From Clostridiales bacterium (GTDB lineage: Bacteria; Bacillota; Clostridia; Oscillospirales; CAG-272): 50,833 bases of DNA. The notes beneath the pieces were generated by a model. It saw only the letters and a program-made list of their open reading frames with translations, was not told where the DNA came from and did not search any database. Made by a program: the position numbers and the translations under genes. This document shows, in pieces, positions 1 to 8,269 of the stretch (its first letter is position 1; every line of letters starts with the position of its first letter). Location: positions 1-50,833 of the forward strand of contig JAEEKG010000014.1 in assembly GCA_016282315.1 (NCBI GenBank), read 5' to 3'.

Positions 1-339
1 AAAGAGACCGATGACTGGTGTTTCAAAAAAATAAACGGCTATGTGAGCAATTACACTCGCGGTGGTGAAAACTGTTATCAGGCATACGGTATTTCGTATT
101 GGAACCAAGAGGATTCAGAAAGATTGAAAAAAGACTTGTTGAAAGTATATAACTCAAGAGCAGGGCATGAATATCTCTGGGAAGATGTGCCTCTCAAAGT
201 TTTGAAGAAAAACTACAAAATTGAGGTCAGAGAAATCAATAAGTCAGATATAGCTGAAATTGATACTTTCAATGAATTGATATCAGTTGATTCTTCATAT
301 GAAAAATATCCTGGATATGAAGGATTTATCGTTCACTGA
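1..339 (+). CDS. LicC-like NTP transferase (CTP:phosphocholine cytidylyltransferase-type), 3' part only
   Basis: Frame is open from base 1 (KETDDWCF...). The motifs GISYW, YLWEDVP and EIDTFNEL resemble the C-terminus of LicC-family nucleotidyltransferases. Confidence 0.65.
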   Translation, partial: KETDDWCFKKINGYVSNYTRGGENCYQAYGISYWNQEDSERLKKDLLKVYNSRAGHEYLWEDVPLKVLKKNYKIEVREINKSDIAEIDTFNELISVDSSYEKYPGYEGFIVH

Positions 340-364
340 AGATTATTAATATCACAAAAGCAAA

Positions 365-400
365 GGAGCTGTTTAAACCATTTTAGGTTTAAACAGCTCC
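365..400. terminator. Intrinsic terminator between convergent genes
   Basis: Perfect 15-bp inverted repeat GGAGCTGTTTAAACC / GGTTTAAACAGCTCC with a 6-nt loop. Confidence 0.8.
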
Positions 401-434
401 GCGTTTCTATTTCTGCAAGAAATGGTTATAAGGT

Positions 435-773
435 TCAATCCTGTTTTTCCGTTTCTTCTTTATTATCATTTTCTGTTTGATTTGTTGTTTCATCAACAGT
501 AGATTCTGTATTTACTGAATCATCAGTGATGACTACATCTTCTTCAACAGTTTTATTTTTGTTTTCATCTATGTTTAAAGTTTTCGATACTTTTTTTCTG
601 AACTTTCTCCACAAAACAATGAACACAGCGCCACCAGCTATTACAACACCTGCAATTGCTTGTACAAGATATGTAACAACTGAAGGATCAAGGTAAGCAA
701 ATGAAACTACCTGAAAAATGAGTGCTAAAGATATTGCACAGATAATAGAATAAATAACTTTTATTTTTTTCAT
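435..773 (-). CDS. Small membrane protein with YLDP motif (signal peptide, TM helix, basic patch, acidic tail)
   Basis: 112 aa. MKK plus hydrophobic stretch ending VSFA|YLDPS, second hydrophobic helix, WRKFRKK, then an E/D/T-rich tail. AGGA SD, 10 bp after the upstream stop. Confidence 0.8.
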   Translation of the reverse strand: MKKIKVIYSIICAISLALIFQVVSFAYLDPSVVTYLVQAIAGVVIAGGAVFIVLWRKFRKKVSKTLNIDENKNKTVEEDVVITDDSVNTESTVDETTNQTENDNKEETEKQD

Positions 774-783
774 ATGACAATCC

Positions 784-2847
784 TTACTGCTTTTTGGCTT
801 TTGATACTAAACTGTTCAAAATGTATTTTACACCATTTGCACCGCAGTTGTCAAAGTCATATACGGTTTCATTGAGTGCATTTGTAATCGATTGTCTGTA
901 TTCTTCTTGAGAATTAAGCAGTTTTTCAACGCTAGGAAGTATTCCTTCTTTATCATCTTTTTCAAGAACAATACCAACTTTGCTTCTCAAAGATATTTCA
1001 ACTGGAGTAAGTCCCAGTTTTTCCCAGTTCTGGTTCAACATCTTTAATTTAGTATTAAAGAACAAAACAGGTTTTTTAGTTGCGAAACTATATTCGTAAG
1101 CAATACCTGACCAATCGGTAATCAAAAGGTCGGATTGGTAAATAGAAGAGTTTTTCGAAAAGTCAGTTTCAAATGTTAATATTGAAGAATCAATGTTTGA
1201 ATACTTTTCAATCAAACGCTGCATCTTCTCGCCAAATCTTTTTACGTATTCAGGATGCGGTCTGACTATAACATGGAATTTTCCATTGCAAAGGGAAGAG
1301 AGCAGATTGTCTATGCAGCTGTCGAGCAGGTTGTCTTCCTGCCATGACGGAGCAATCAAAATCTCGGGGATTTCATGCTTTTCTTTATCCATTTGCTCGT
1401 ATGATTCGGTCAGTTTGTTCAAGAAAGGATAGCCGAATTCAACAATTGTTTTTTCTTTGGTGTTGTACATCTTTTCCATAGCTCTTAGTTCTGTATAAAG
1501 ATGTGGACCTGCAGCAAAGAATGTATCAAAGTTGTTGAATGCTCCTTCTCTGAAACCCATATGTGCGCTCATCATGTCATGAGGTACATAAATATATTCT
1601 ATGTCTTTTTTAACAAGGGATCTCTTTAAGAACAAATTGTCCAGATCAGGAGTGGTCATAACAACAATATCAGCTTCCATTTTCATCATCATAGGAATTA
1701 ATTTGTTTATTCCTATGTAATATGGCTGAATTTGTTTATTTGTTTTGGCAAGTTCAAAAATCTTATCATTCGGATCATTTGTGATGTAGTGAATGGTAAC
1801 ATTGGATTTTGAAATAATGCCGTTAATCAATGTGTCGTAATATTTGAAGAATCCGCTCTTTTCAGAGTAGAAAACAAGATGCTTGTTGATGACGCTGAAG
1901 AATCTCTTGTAATCAGCTCTTTCACGCTTTTTGTATTCTTTATTGTTGTCATCGGTTTTAGCAAAAGATTTTAAATCGCTTAATTTCTTTCTGCTCTTTT
2001 CGAGTTCTTCTTTATCCACCTTTTTCCATGGATTGATTATGAGGTTCAAAACTAATTGAACAACAACAGCCAATACGTTGCTGCAAACCCAATAGAGTGC
2101 AACACCTGTATAAACAAAGAATCCGAGGATGAGTGAAACGCCAACTGAAATAATTGTCACTCCGTATTTGTTCAAGGCAGATTGTTCTTTTTGAAGAACG
2201 TTGAGAGCGTTTTGTGCTAAGCACATCAAAAATGAGGAAACACCAGCTATTACGGGAACTAATATATAGATTCCCATTACTTCGCTTGGCACCACATTCA
2301 AGCTGAAACCAAGACATGTCAGATCAAATGCTTTGATGCTTTCAATTGCGGACAGAGCTCCGGAGGACAGGGCAGAAGTGGATATTTTTCCCTGCGCTAT
2401 AATGTCCATGATTGCCAATTGATCTTCTCTGAAATCAGAAACATTACAAGCACTTGCAAGTTCTCTTACAATTTCATCCGGCAATTTCAATGCATATGTG
2501 AGAGGTTCCTTGATGATATAAACCACTCCCATGAGCAATATTATTTGAATGATCAAAGGAATAACCGATGCGAAAGGATTGTATCCTGCTTTTTTATACA
2601 GCTTTGTTTGTTCTTCGGCAATTCTTTCCTTGTCGCCGTAAAATTCTGCTGTCGCATAGTTAATGCTTGGCTGAATCTTGACCATTTTTATTGAATTGAC
2701 ATGCACCCACAATGAAACGGGCATAAGAATTATCTTAGTAAGCAGAGTAAAGAATACAATTGCGAGAGCATAGTTTCCTACTACTGTCATAGATAATTGC
2801 ATTAACCAGCCAAGCGGAATGCATATATAGTGCATTATTGTTCCCAT
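784..2847 (-). CDS. YidC/Oxa1 insertase domain fused to CDP-glycerol glycerophosphotransferase (TagB/TagF-like) domain
   Basis: N-terminal YidC hallmarks (AIVFFTLLTKIILMP, KIQP, KLYKKAGYNPF, PLIIQ, ALYWVCSN). C-terminal TagB/F-like motifs (YVPHD, GYPFL, ILIAPSW, VRPHP, SDLLITDWSGIAYEY, KPVLF). Confidence 0.85.
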   Translation of the reverse strand: MGTIMHYICIPLGWLMQLSMTVVGNYALAIVFFTLLTKIILMPVSLWVHVNSIKMVKIQPSINYATAEFYGDKERIAEEQTKLYKKAGYNPFASVIPLIIQIILLMGVVYIIKEPLTYALKLPDEIVRELASACNVSDFREDQLAIMDIIAQGKISTSALSSGALSAIESIKAFDLTCLGFSLNVVPSEVMGIYILVPVIAGVSSFLMCLAQNALNVLQKEQSALNKYGVTIISVGVSLILGFFVYTGVALYWVCSNVLAVVVQLVLNLIINPWKKVDKEELEKSRKKLSDLKSFAKTDDNNKEYKKRERADYKRFFSVINKHLVFYSEKSGFFKYYDTLINGIISKSNVTIHYITNDPNDKIFELAKTNKQIQPYYIGINKLIPMMMKMEADIVVMTTPDLDNLFLKRSLVKKDIEYIYVPHDMMSAHMGFREGAFNNFDTFFAAGPHLYTELRAMEKMYNTKEKTIVEFGYPFLNKLTESYEQMDKEKHEIPEILIAPSWQEDNLLDSCIDNLLSSLCNGKFHVIVRPHPEYVKRFGEKMQRLIEKYSNIDSSILTFETDFSKNSSIYQSDLLITDWSGIAYEYSFATKKPVLFFNTKLKMLNQNWEKLGLTPVEISLRSKVGIVLEKDDKEGILPSVEKLLNSQEEYRQSITNALNETVYDFDNCGANGVKYILNSLVSKAKKQ

Positions 2848-2850
2848 ATA

Positions 2851-4563
2851 TTACTTGTACAGGCTCCCTATATTTGTGTCTTTTGTAATTGTCCAGTTGT
2901 CAAAATTTCTTCCATCACCATTGATTGTGTATTCAATGATATGAGTACCATCATCTAAAGTGCACTGGAATTTGTTAATTCTTACTGCATTTTCTCCATC
3001 ATGCATTTCCCAATATGCTTTTCCATAATCTTTTTCGGTTTTTAATCCCGTGGATTTAACTATAGAAGCAAGCAAGTTTGCTTGTGATACTGGTTCTGTA
3101 GATACTTTGAAAGCGGAATGCTCATTGGCCTGTTTTACAAACAGAGCTGTAATTCTAGGCTCAGCGGGCATCTTTGTATCGCTTCTAGCTCTTGGGTGAT
3201 CCCCTGTTATTATGATTGTTGAATTGTCATATACACCAAGGCGTTTCAGTTCACTGATATACTCGTAAATAGCTTTGAAGCAACCGAGAGTGTTAAGTCT
3301 TGAAGAGCCTTTTCCTTCTTCAACTTCCTGGCAGTTTTCGTCCATTGTAGATGGATCGTGACAGCCGTGTAAGTGAATGAATGTGTATGAGTTTTCTGCG
3401 TTGTCCAAAGTCAGTCCTTCATCCAGAACACTTTGACAAAATTCAACATTCGAATCATTCAAGTATACAGGGAAGACTTCATCGTAAGAGATGAACTTGC
3501 TGAAACTTGTGGTCGATACTTTTACCACATCTTTGAGTACGATTGGCAGGTATCTGTATATAGACAATTCTAACATTGTCCATGCAAGTCCCCAGGAGTC
3601 ATTTATTATCATGTCACCTGATTGCGGTTGAACATTATATGCTCTCTTCAAAGCAGCAGCTTCTCTGTATGAGTAGTAACTTCCTGTATATACTTTAACT
3701 CTGTAATTGTTTGCTTCCAAGTCATCAAGAAAGTCTGAATTGTTATAAGCATAATTGAAATATTCAGATGCTGTCTTTGAAAAGTCTGTGTCAACTCCCG
3801 TCACCATTGTTGCTATTGCAGGATAAGTTCTAGCATACAGTGCAACATTATCTAAGTATAGGGTGAAATCTTCGAGCTGATTGAAAAACTCTGGGTCTTT
3901 TTCAACTACGTCTTCATAGTATGAAATATCAAATCTATCAAGTACTAAGACTATAACATTTTTGTTCTTTGATACTTCGTACAATCCTTTTGTGGTCAGA
4001 ATGTATCCGGCATCATTTGTGATGTCCAACCCCACTTTTTCAAGTTTGTTTGAATAGTCAATTGACTCGGATACTAAAGCTGCACCTTGCATTCCTATTA
4101 GTAAGACGCAAAGGAAAATTGATATTGTTTTTATCAACTTAATCTTTTTCATCATTATGAATGCATAGATGATTCCGCCCAAAAGAAGAATCCATATTGC
4201 AGTGTCAAGTATTACAAACCAAACTTCAGGTGTTGACCCTACATCATCGGATTTAAGTGAATTAACACCTATGTTCAGGAAATTCCCTTGTATGTAACCA
4301 ACAACGGCTAGGCCAAAGAAAACACCATTCAGAATTCTACCAACTATTCCCGGAACAAATATCAATACCAGTGCAAGTACAGCAAATATTATTAACGAAA
4401 TAGCTATAAGAGGCCATATAAAGTGTGAAAGTCCGAAAACCAATTCTTCGCTATTTGAAATGTATATTTCATAAGTACCGAAGAACAAGGTGAAACTGAA
4501 TATAAAAGCCGTAAATATTGGTAAAACAATCGGTCGTTTTTCTTTCATGGATTTGCCTTTCAT
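2851..4563 (-). CDS. Membrane-anchored alkaline phosphatase/sulfatase-superfamily (LtaS/EptA-like) enzyme
   Basis: About 5 N-terminal TM helices, then NVIVLVLDRFD, YARTYPAIATMVTG (Thr nucleophile position), HLHGCHDP and IITGDH metal-ligand motifs. The start may be a few codons downstream. Confidence 0.8.
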   Translation of the reverse strand: MKGKSMKEKRPIVLPIFTAFIFSFTLFFGTYEIYISNSEELVFGLSHFIWPLIAISLIIFAVLALVLIFVPGIVGRILNGVFFGLAVVGYIQGNFLNIGVNSLKSDDVGSTPEVWFVILDTAIWILLLGGIIYAFIMMKKIKLIKTISIFLCVLLIGMQGAALVSESIDYSNKLEKVGLDITNDAGYILTTKGLYEVSKNKNVIVLVLDRFDISYYEDVVEKDPEFFNQLEDFTLYLDNVALYARTYPAIATMVTGVDTDFSKTASEYFNYAYNNSDFLDDLEANNYRVKVYTGSYYSYREAAALKRAYNVQPQSGDMIINDSWGLAWTMLELSIYRYLPIVLKDVVKVSTTSFSKFISYDEVFPVYLNDSNVEFCQSVLDEGLTLDNAENSYTFIHLHGCHDPSTMDENCQEVEEGKGSSRLNTLGCFKAIYEYISELKRLGVYDNSTIIITGDHPRARSDTKMPAEPRITALFVKQANEHSAFKVSTEPVSQANLLASIVKSTGLKTEKDYGKAYWEMHDGENAVRINKFQCTLDDGTHIIEYTINGDGRNFDNWTITKDTNIGSLYK

Positions 4564-4689
4564 TGTTTGAAATATATACTAATTAGACTTAACTACAAAT
4601 TTATAATCTCATACTTATTTAAATAATATGACGCGCACTCGTATATTATAACCAAAAAGAGTAAATTATCAATAGTTTTGCAAATAAGA

Positions 4690-6915
4690 CTAGATTACGA
4701 AAGTGTTGCTGGAAAATCTTGATTCTATTTCGTAGCCTCTCAATTTATCGAGTGCAAAGGCCTTCTTGAGAAGGGAAGGTTTTATATAAGGATCAAATTT
4801 ATCACTTCTAAGCAACTCGCTTTCTCCAACAAGTTCAAATGTATCTATAGGAGTGAGTCTCTTGATTAAACTGCAAATGCTGTTAAATAGAGTTGAACAT
4901 GATTCATCACTTTTGAATGTAATATAGAAACAACCATTGTGTTCAACGTCATAGATTTTCAGAGTTGATGCATACTTTTTCAAAATTCTGACAAGTGTTG
5001 CATTGCTTCTTGTACCAAGCCATGGGAACATGACTCTGTTCATGCCGCCAAGAGAAATAATCATGTTGTCCTTTATTCCTATATTCTGAGCAAGTATTCT
5101 GGCGGATTCAAGTCGTCTTTGTGCTTGTTCCTTCAGATAGGGAAGACTGATGTCAGAAGTTAGGATTTTATATATGTTCTCCATAATCTTCGTATCAACT
5201 TCGCCAAAATCACCGGGCCAGGATATTTCCATTTTTCCTTCTATTTGCTTTACAAATATCATTTTTCTAGCTAGATCCAGATCTGTAACTTCCCACACTC
5301 TGCCTGCCAAAGCGAACCTTTCGCCGATAGGATGTGGAGTTGAAATGGTGCCTATTTCCTGGCTCTCGCTTTTTACGGAAAAATCGTTTGAATCTTTGAA
5401 CACAGCATAGAATTTAAAGCTCTTTAATAATTTTTCTCCTTCGATTCCAATCAGGATTGATCCGTCGGGTTCAAGTTCCAAAAACTTTCTTTTACACATA
5501 TCAACAACAAGTTCTCTGTAATCTTCCTTGTCCACATGGCTGAAAGGAGATAGCGAAAGAACTCTTCCGGCTAGTTCAGAAGGTTTTAATTCACCCGAAG
5601 TAGCCAGTATTGACAGTGTTTGGTGGAACAATAAACTCAAAGGAAGTTTCTTTATGTATGGAGGTTCAATAAATCTTTCCTTTATGTAGACATCAATAAT
5701 TGATGCGCCTCTCAAAAGTTCCCATGGAATTAAATCCTGAATCGGAGTGTCCGGAAGAGGGTATTCTTCTCTGAATACCATGAACATCTCCGGAGCTCCA
5801 CCTCTTCTGCCGCTTCTGCCAAGTCTTTGCAGAAAACTTGATACTTTAGCCGGAGAATTAATGTGGACAATTCGATCAAGTCTTCCTATATCCACTCCGA
5901 GTTCAAGTGTAACGGTGGCACAAGTTGAAATCATTTCTTCATCGTTTTTTAGCTTTTGTTCAGATTCTTCTCTAATTGATGCTGAAAGATTACCATGGTG
6001 AATATAAAAAATGTCCTTATCATTTCTCAGAGATGCTATCTGGTGCATGGTTTCGCATACATATTCTGTTTCTTCACGCGAGTTTGAGAAAATAATGGTT
6101 TTTTTCTGAGTTGCACAATCGTAGATGTACTCGTATCCACTATCTATTGCCACATAGTCTTTATTGGGGTTTTGAACTTCGGGATTCGCGATGTTTTTGT
6201 CATCCTGAATATAAAAATGCTCTAATGCCAGATTCCAGGATGTCTGGGAATCTTTAAAAACAGGAGCAATTGTATTTCTTCCTGAATTGCCTTCTAGCCA
6301 TTTACAAGCTACTTCAACATTTCCGATAGTTGCAGATAAACCTATTCTGCGAGGTTGACGACCAATAAGTTTTGCGATTCTGTCGATTTGACATATAACT
6401 TGTGATCCGCGATCTACACCCATCAGTGTGTGTATTTCATCGATGACAATGTACTTTAGTCCGCCAAATAATCTCAAGATATCTGAGTATCTGTTAATCA
6501 AAAGACTTTCGACAGATTCCGGAGTTATTTGCAGAATTCCCTGAGGGTTCTCCAACAGTTTTGTTTTTCTTGATTGAGACACATCTCCGTGCCATCTGCA
6601 TACAGGTATGCCTGAATTATCCAATAATTCATCAAGCCTATAGAACTGGTCATTGATAAGGCTTTTTAATGGCGCAATATATAATACCTGTACAGAGTTG
6701 TCAGGGTGATCAATAATATCTGTTATTATGGGAAAGAATGCTGCCTCGGTTTTTCCTGATGCAGTGTTTGAACACAAAATCAAGTTGTCATCTGTGTTGA
6801 ACAAAACATCTGCGGCTGCAGTTTGAACAGGGCGGAGTTCTTCCCATCCCATTTTGTAAATGAATTCTCTGACAAGAGGGCAGTATTTTTCAAAAACAGT
6901 GTTTTCGTTTTCCAT
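4690..6915 (-). CDS. Lhr-like SF2 DEAD/DEAH helicase (resembles Shango SngC-type helicases)
   Basis: GWEELRPVQ, TASGKTEAAF, PLKSLINDQ, ITPES, DEIH, GLSAT, HHG, TLELGVDIG, QRLGRSGRR. ATG at 6915 follows an AAGGGA SD. Confidence 0.85.
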   Translation of the reverse strand: MENENTVFEKYCPLVREFIYKMGWEELRPVQTAAADVLFNTDDNLILCSNTASGKTEAAFFPIITDIIDHPDNSVQVLYIAPLKSLINDQFYRLDELLDNSGIPVCRWHGDVSQSRKTKLLENPQGILQITPESVESLLINRYSDILRLFGGLKYIVIDEIHTLMGVDRGSQVICQIDRIAKLIGRQPRRIGLSATIGNVEVACKWLEGNSGRNTIAPVFKDSQTSWNLALEHFYIQDDKNIANPEVQNPNKDYVAIDSGYEYIYDCATQKKTIIFSNSREETEYVCETMHQIASLRNDKDIFYIHHGNLSASIREESEQKLKNDEEMISTCATVTLELGVDIGRLDRIVHINSPAKVSSFLQRLGRSGRRGGAPEMFMVFREEYPLPDTPIQDLIPWELLRGASIIDVYIKERFIEPPYIKKLPLSLLFHQTLSILATSGELKPSELAGRVLSLSPFSHVDKEDYRELVVDMCKRKFLELEPDGSILIGIEGEKLLKSFKFYAVFKDSNDFSVKSESQEIGTISTPHPIGERFALAGRVWEVTDLDLARKMIFVKQIEGKMEISWPGDFGEVDTKIMENIYKILTSDISLPYLKEQAQRRLESARILAQNIGIKDNMIISLGGMNRVMFPWLGTRSNATLVRILKKYASTLKIYDVEHNGCFYITFKSDESCSTLFNSICSLIKRLTPIDTFELVGESELLRSDKFDPYIKPSLLKKAFALDKLRGYEIESRFSSNTFVI

Positions 6916-6936
6916 AGAGTGTCCCTTCATTAGATA

Positions 6937-6965
6937 AAAACTGCCCAAACTAGTTGGGCGGTTTT
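6937..6965 (-). terminator. Terminator-like hairpin between the carboxypeptidase and helicase genes
   Basis: AAAACTGCCCAA-actag-TTGGGCGGTTTT, with a U-tract on the minus strand. Confidence 0.6.
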
Positions 6966-6985
6966 CTTGTGTGTGTTTTAATGGA

Positions 6986-8098
6986 TTATTTTACTATTGT
7001 AATAATGAATCCGCTTACGTTATCACCTGAAACTGTGTACATGCCGGATGTCACACCACTTTGAGAAACAAATGAATTAACTTGTTTGCCATTTTCAGGA
7101 ACGCTTATATAAGTTCTTGTGCTTGTTGTGTCAGCAGGTACGTAGTAAACGTAGTATTCTTTTCCATCAACGGTGCATTCATAAGGTGTTTCAGTATGAG
7201 TCTTAATCATGTCAATATATTCTTCAAGACAAAGATCTTCTTTTGTCATGATATCTGCTGCAACAGAGTCAACGAATCTTACGTGTCCTGTTTCAGCTGC
7301 CAAACCGGTGATTTCTTTTTTATCTTTTGTGAATCTGACTACAAAGCCATATTTTGCTGAATTCTCTTCAAGCCATTCACTCTGAAGAGCAGGGAGATCA
7401 GCTGTCTTTCCATCTTTTGTGAATACTGCAAGGTATACAGACAAGCCTGTATGATAATCACTGCATCCAGCTGAACTAGCTGATGAGTCTGAAGTCTTGA
7501 TGTTTTGTTGGTTATCATATGTTCTGTATGCGTATTTGATCAGTATCTTGTTTGACTCATAATAATCAGAGAATTCTGATTTGAGACCAGAACAGAGTTC
7601 CTGAAGATTTGTAACAACAGTTTTGCTGAAATAGTATCCAACTGCGCCTGGAAGAACGAAATAAGAGCCTCTGCTTTCGTAAAGATCGGTAAGGGAACTG
7701 CCTTTAACCATGCTCTGAGGGAATGTGAATTCGTGATCTTCGTTTACAAGTACCTGGTAACCTTCAAATTGTTTGTTTGTTTCAACAGCAATTTGTGTAT
7801 AACCTTTTTGCCAAGCGGGAGCCGGCGTGGTTGTCTCGGTTGTTTCAGTGCCGCTTGTTGTAACAGTAGTACTGGATTCGGTTGTATTATCTTGTTTTGA
7901 AGAATTTCTTATTGCATGGACCACCATGACAATAATCAGTACTATGGCAAGTATGATAAGCACTACCTCAATTAGTGCAATCATTCCTTCTTTATTTGGT
8001 TTAAATCTTTTCTTGCCTTTTTTGGGTTTATTTGACTTTGTACTGGTCATCTCTGTATCTGTATCTTCATATTCGAAGTCATCTTTGTATTCAGACAT
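6986..8098 (-). CDS. Membrane-anchored M15B (VanY/LdcB-like) carboxypeptidase
   Basis: One TM helix, Thr-rich linker, then LVN, AYRTY, SDYHTGL, WLEENSAKYGFVVRF and ETGHVRFV motifs. Confidence 0.8.
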   Translation of the reverse strand: MSEYKDDFEYEDTDTEMTSTKSNKPKKGKKRFKPNKEGMIALIEVVLIILAIVLIIVMVVHAIRNSSKQDNTTESSTTVTTSGTETTETTTPAPAWQKGYTQIAVETNKQFEGYQVLVNEDHEFTFPQSMVKGSSLTDLYESRGSYFVLPGAVGYYFSKTVVTNLQELCSGLKSEFSDYYESNKILIKYAYRTYDNQQNIKTSDSSASSAGCSDYHTGLSVYLAVFTKDGKTADLPALQSEWLEENSAKYGFVVRFTKDKKEITGLAAETGHVRFVDSVAADIMTKEDLCLEEYIDMIKTHTETPYECTVDGKEYYVYYVPADTTSTRTYISVPENGKQVNSFVSQSGVTSGMYTVSGDNVSGFIITIVK

Positions 8099-8176
8099 AA
8101 TATCCCTCCGGATTATCGTAGTAGAATTATTATATCACTAGATATTAGTAAATACAACAACAAGTATTAAAAAGAC

Positions 8177-8212
8177 AAAAAACATCCCACGCGGTTAGAA
8201 CTTGCGTGGGAT
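8177..8212 (-). terminator. pnp terminator
   Basis: ATCCCACGC...GCGTGGGAT stem preceded on the plus strand by an A-run (U-tract on minus). Confidence 0.75.
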
Positions 8213-8269
8213 TAAAATCTAGTCAATAGCTATGTTTTTTGCGTTTTATACATTTAGATAAAATGCCTA

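Noticed and set aside
6986-8098. VanY-like gene as vancomycin resistance
   Set aside because: No vanA/B, vanH, vanX or vanRS nearby; M15B peptidases are common housekeeping enzymes.
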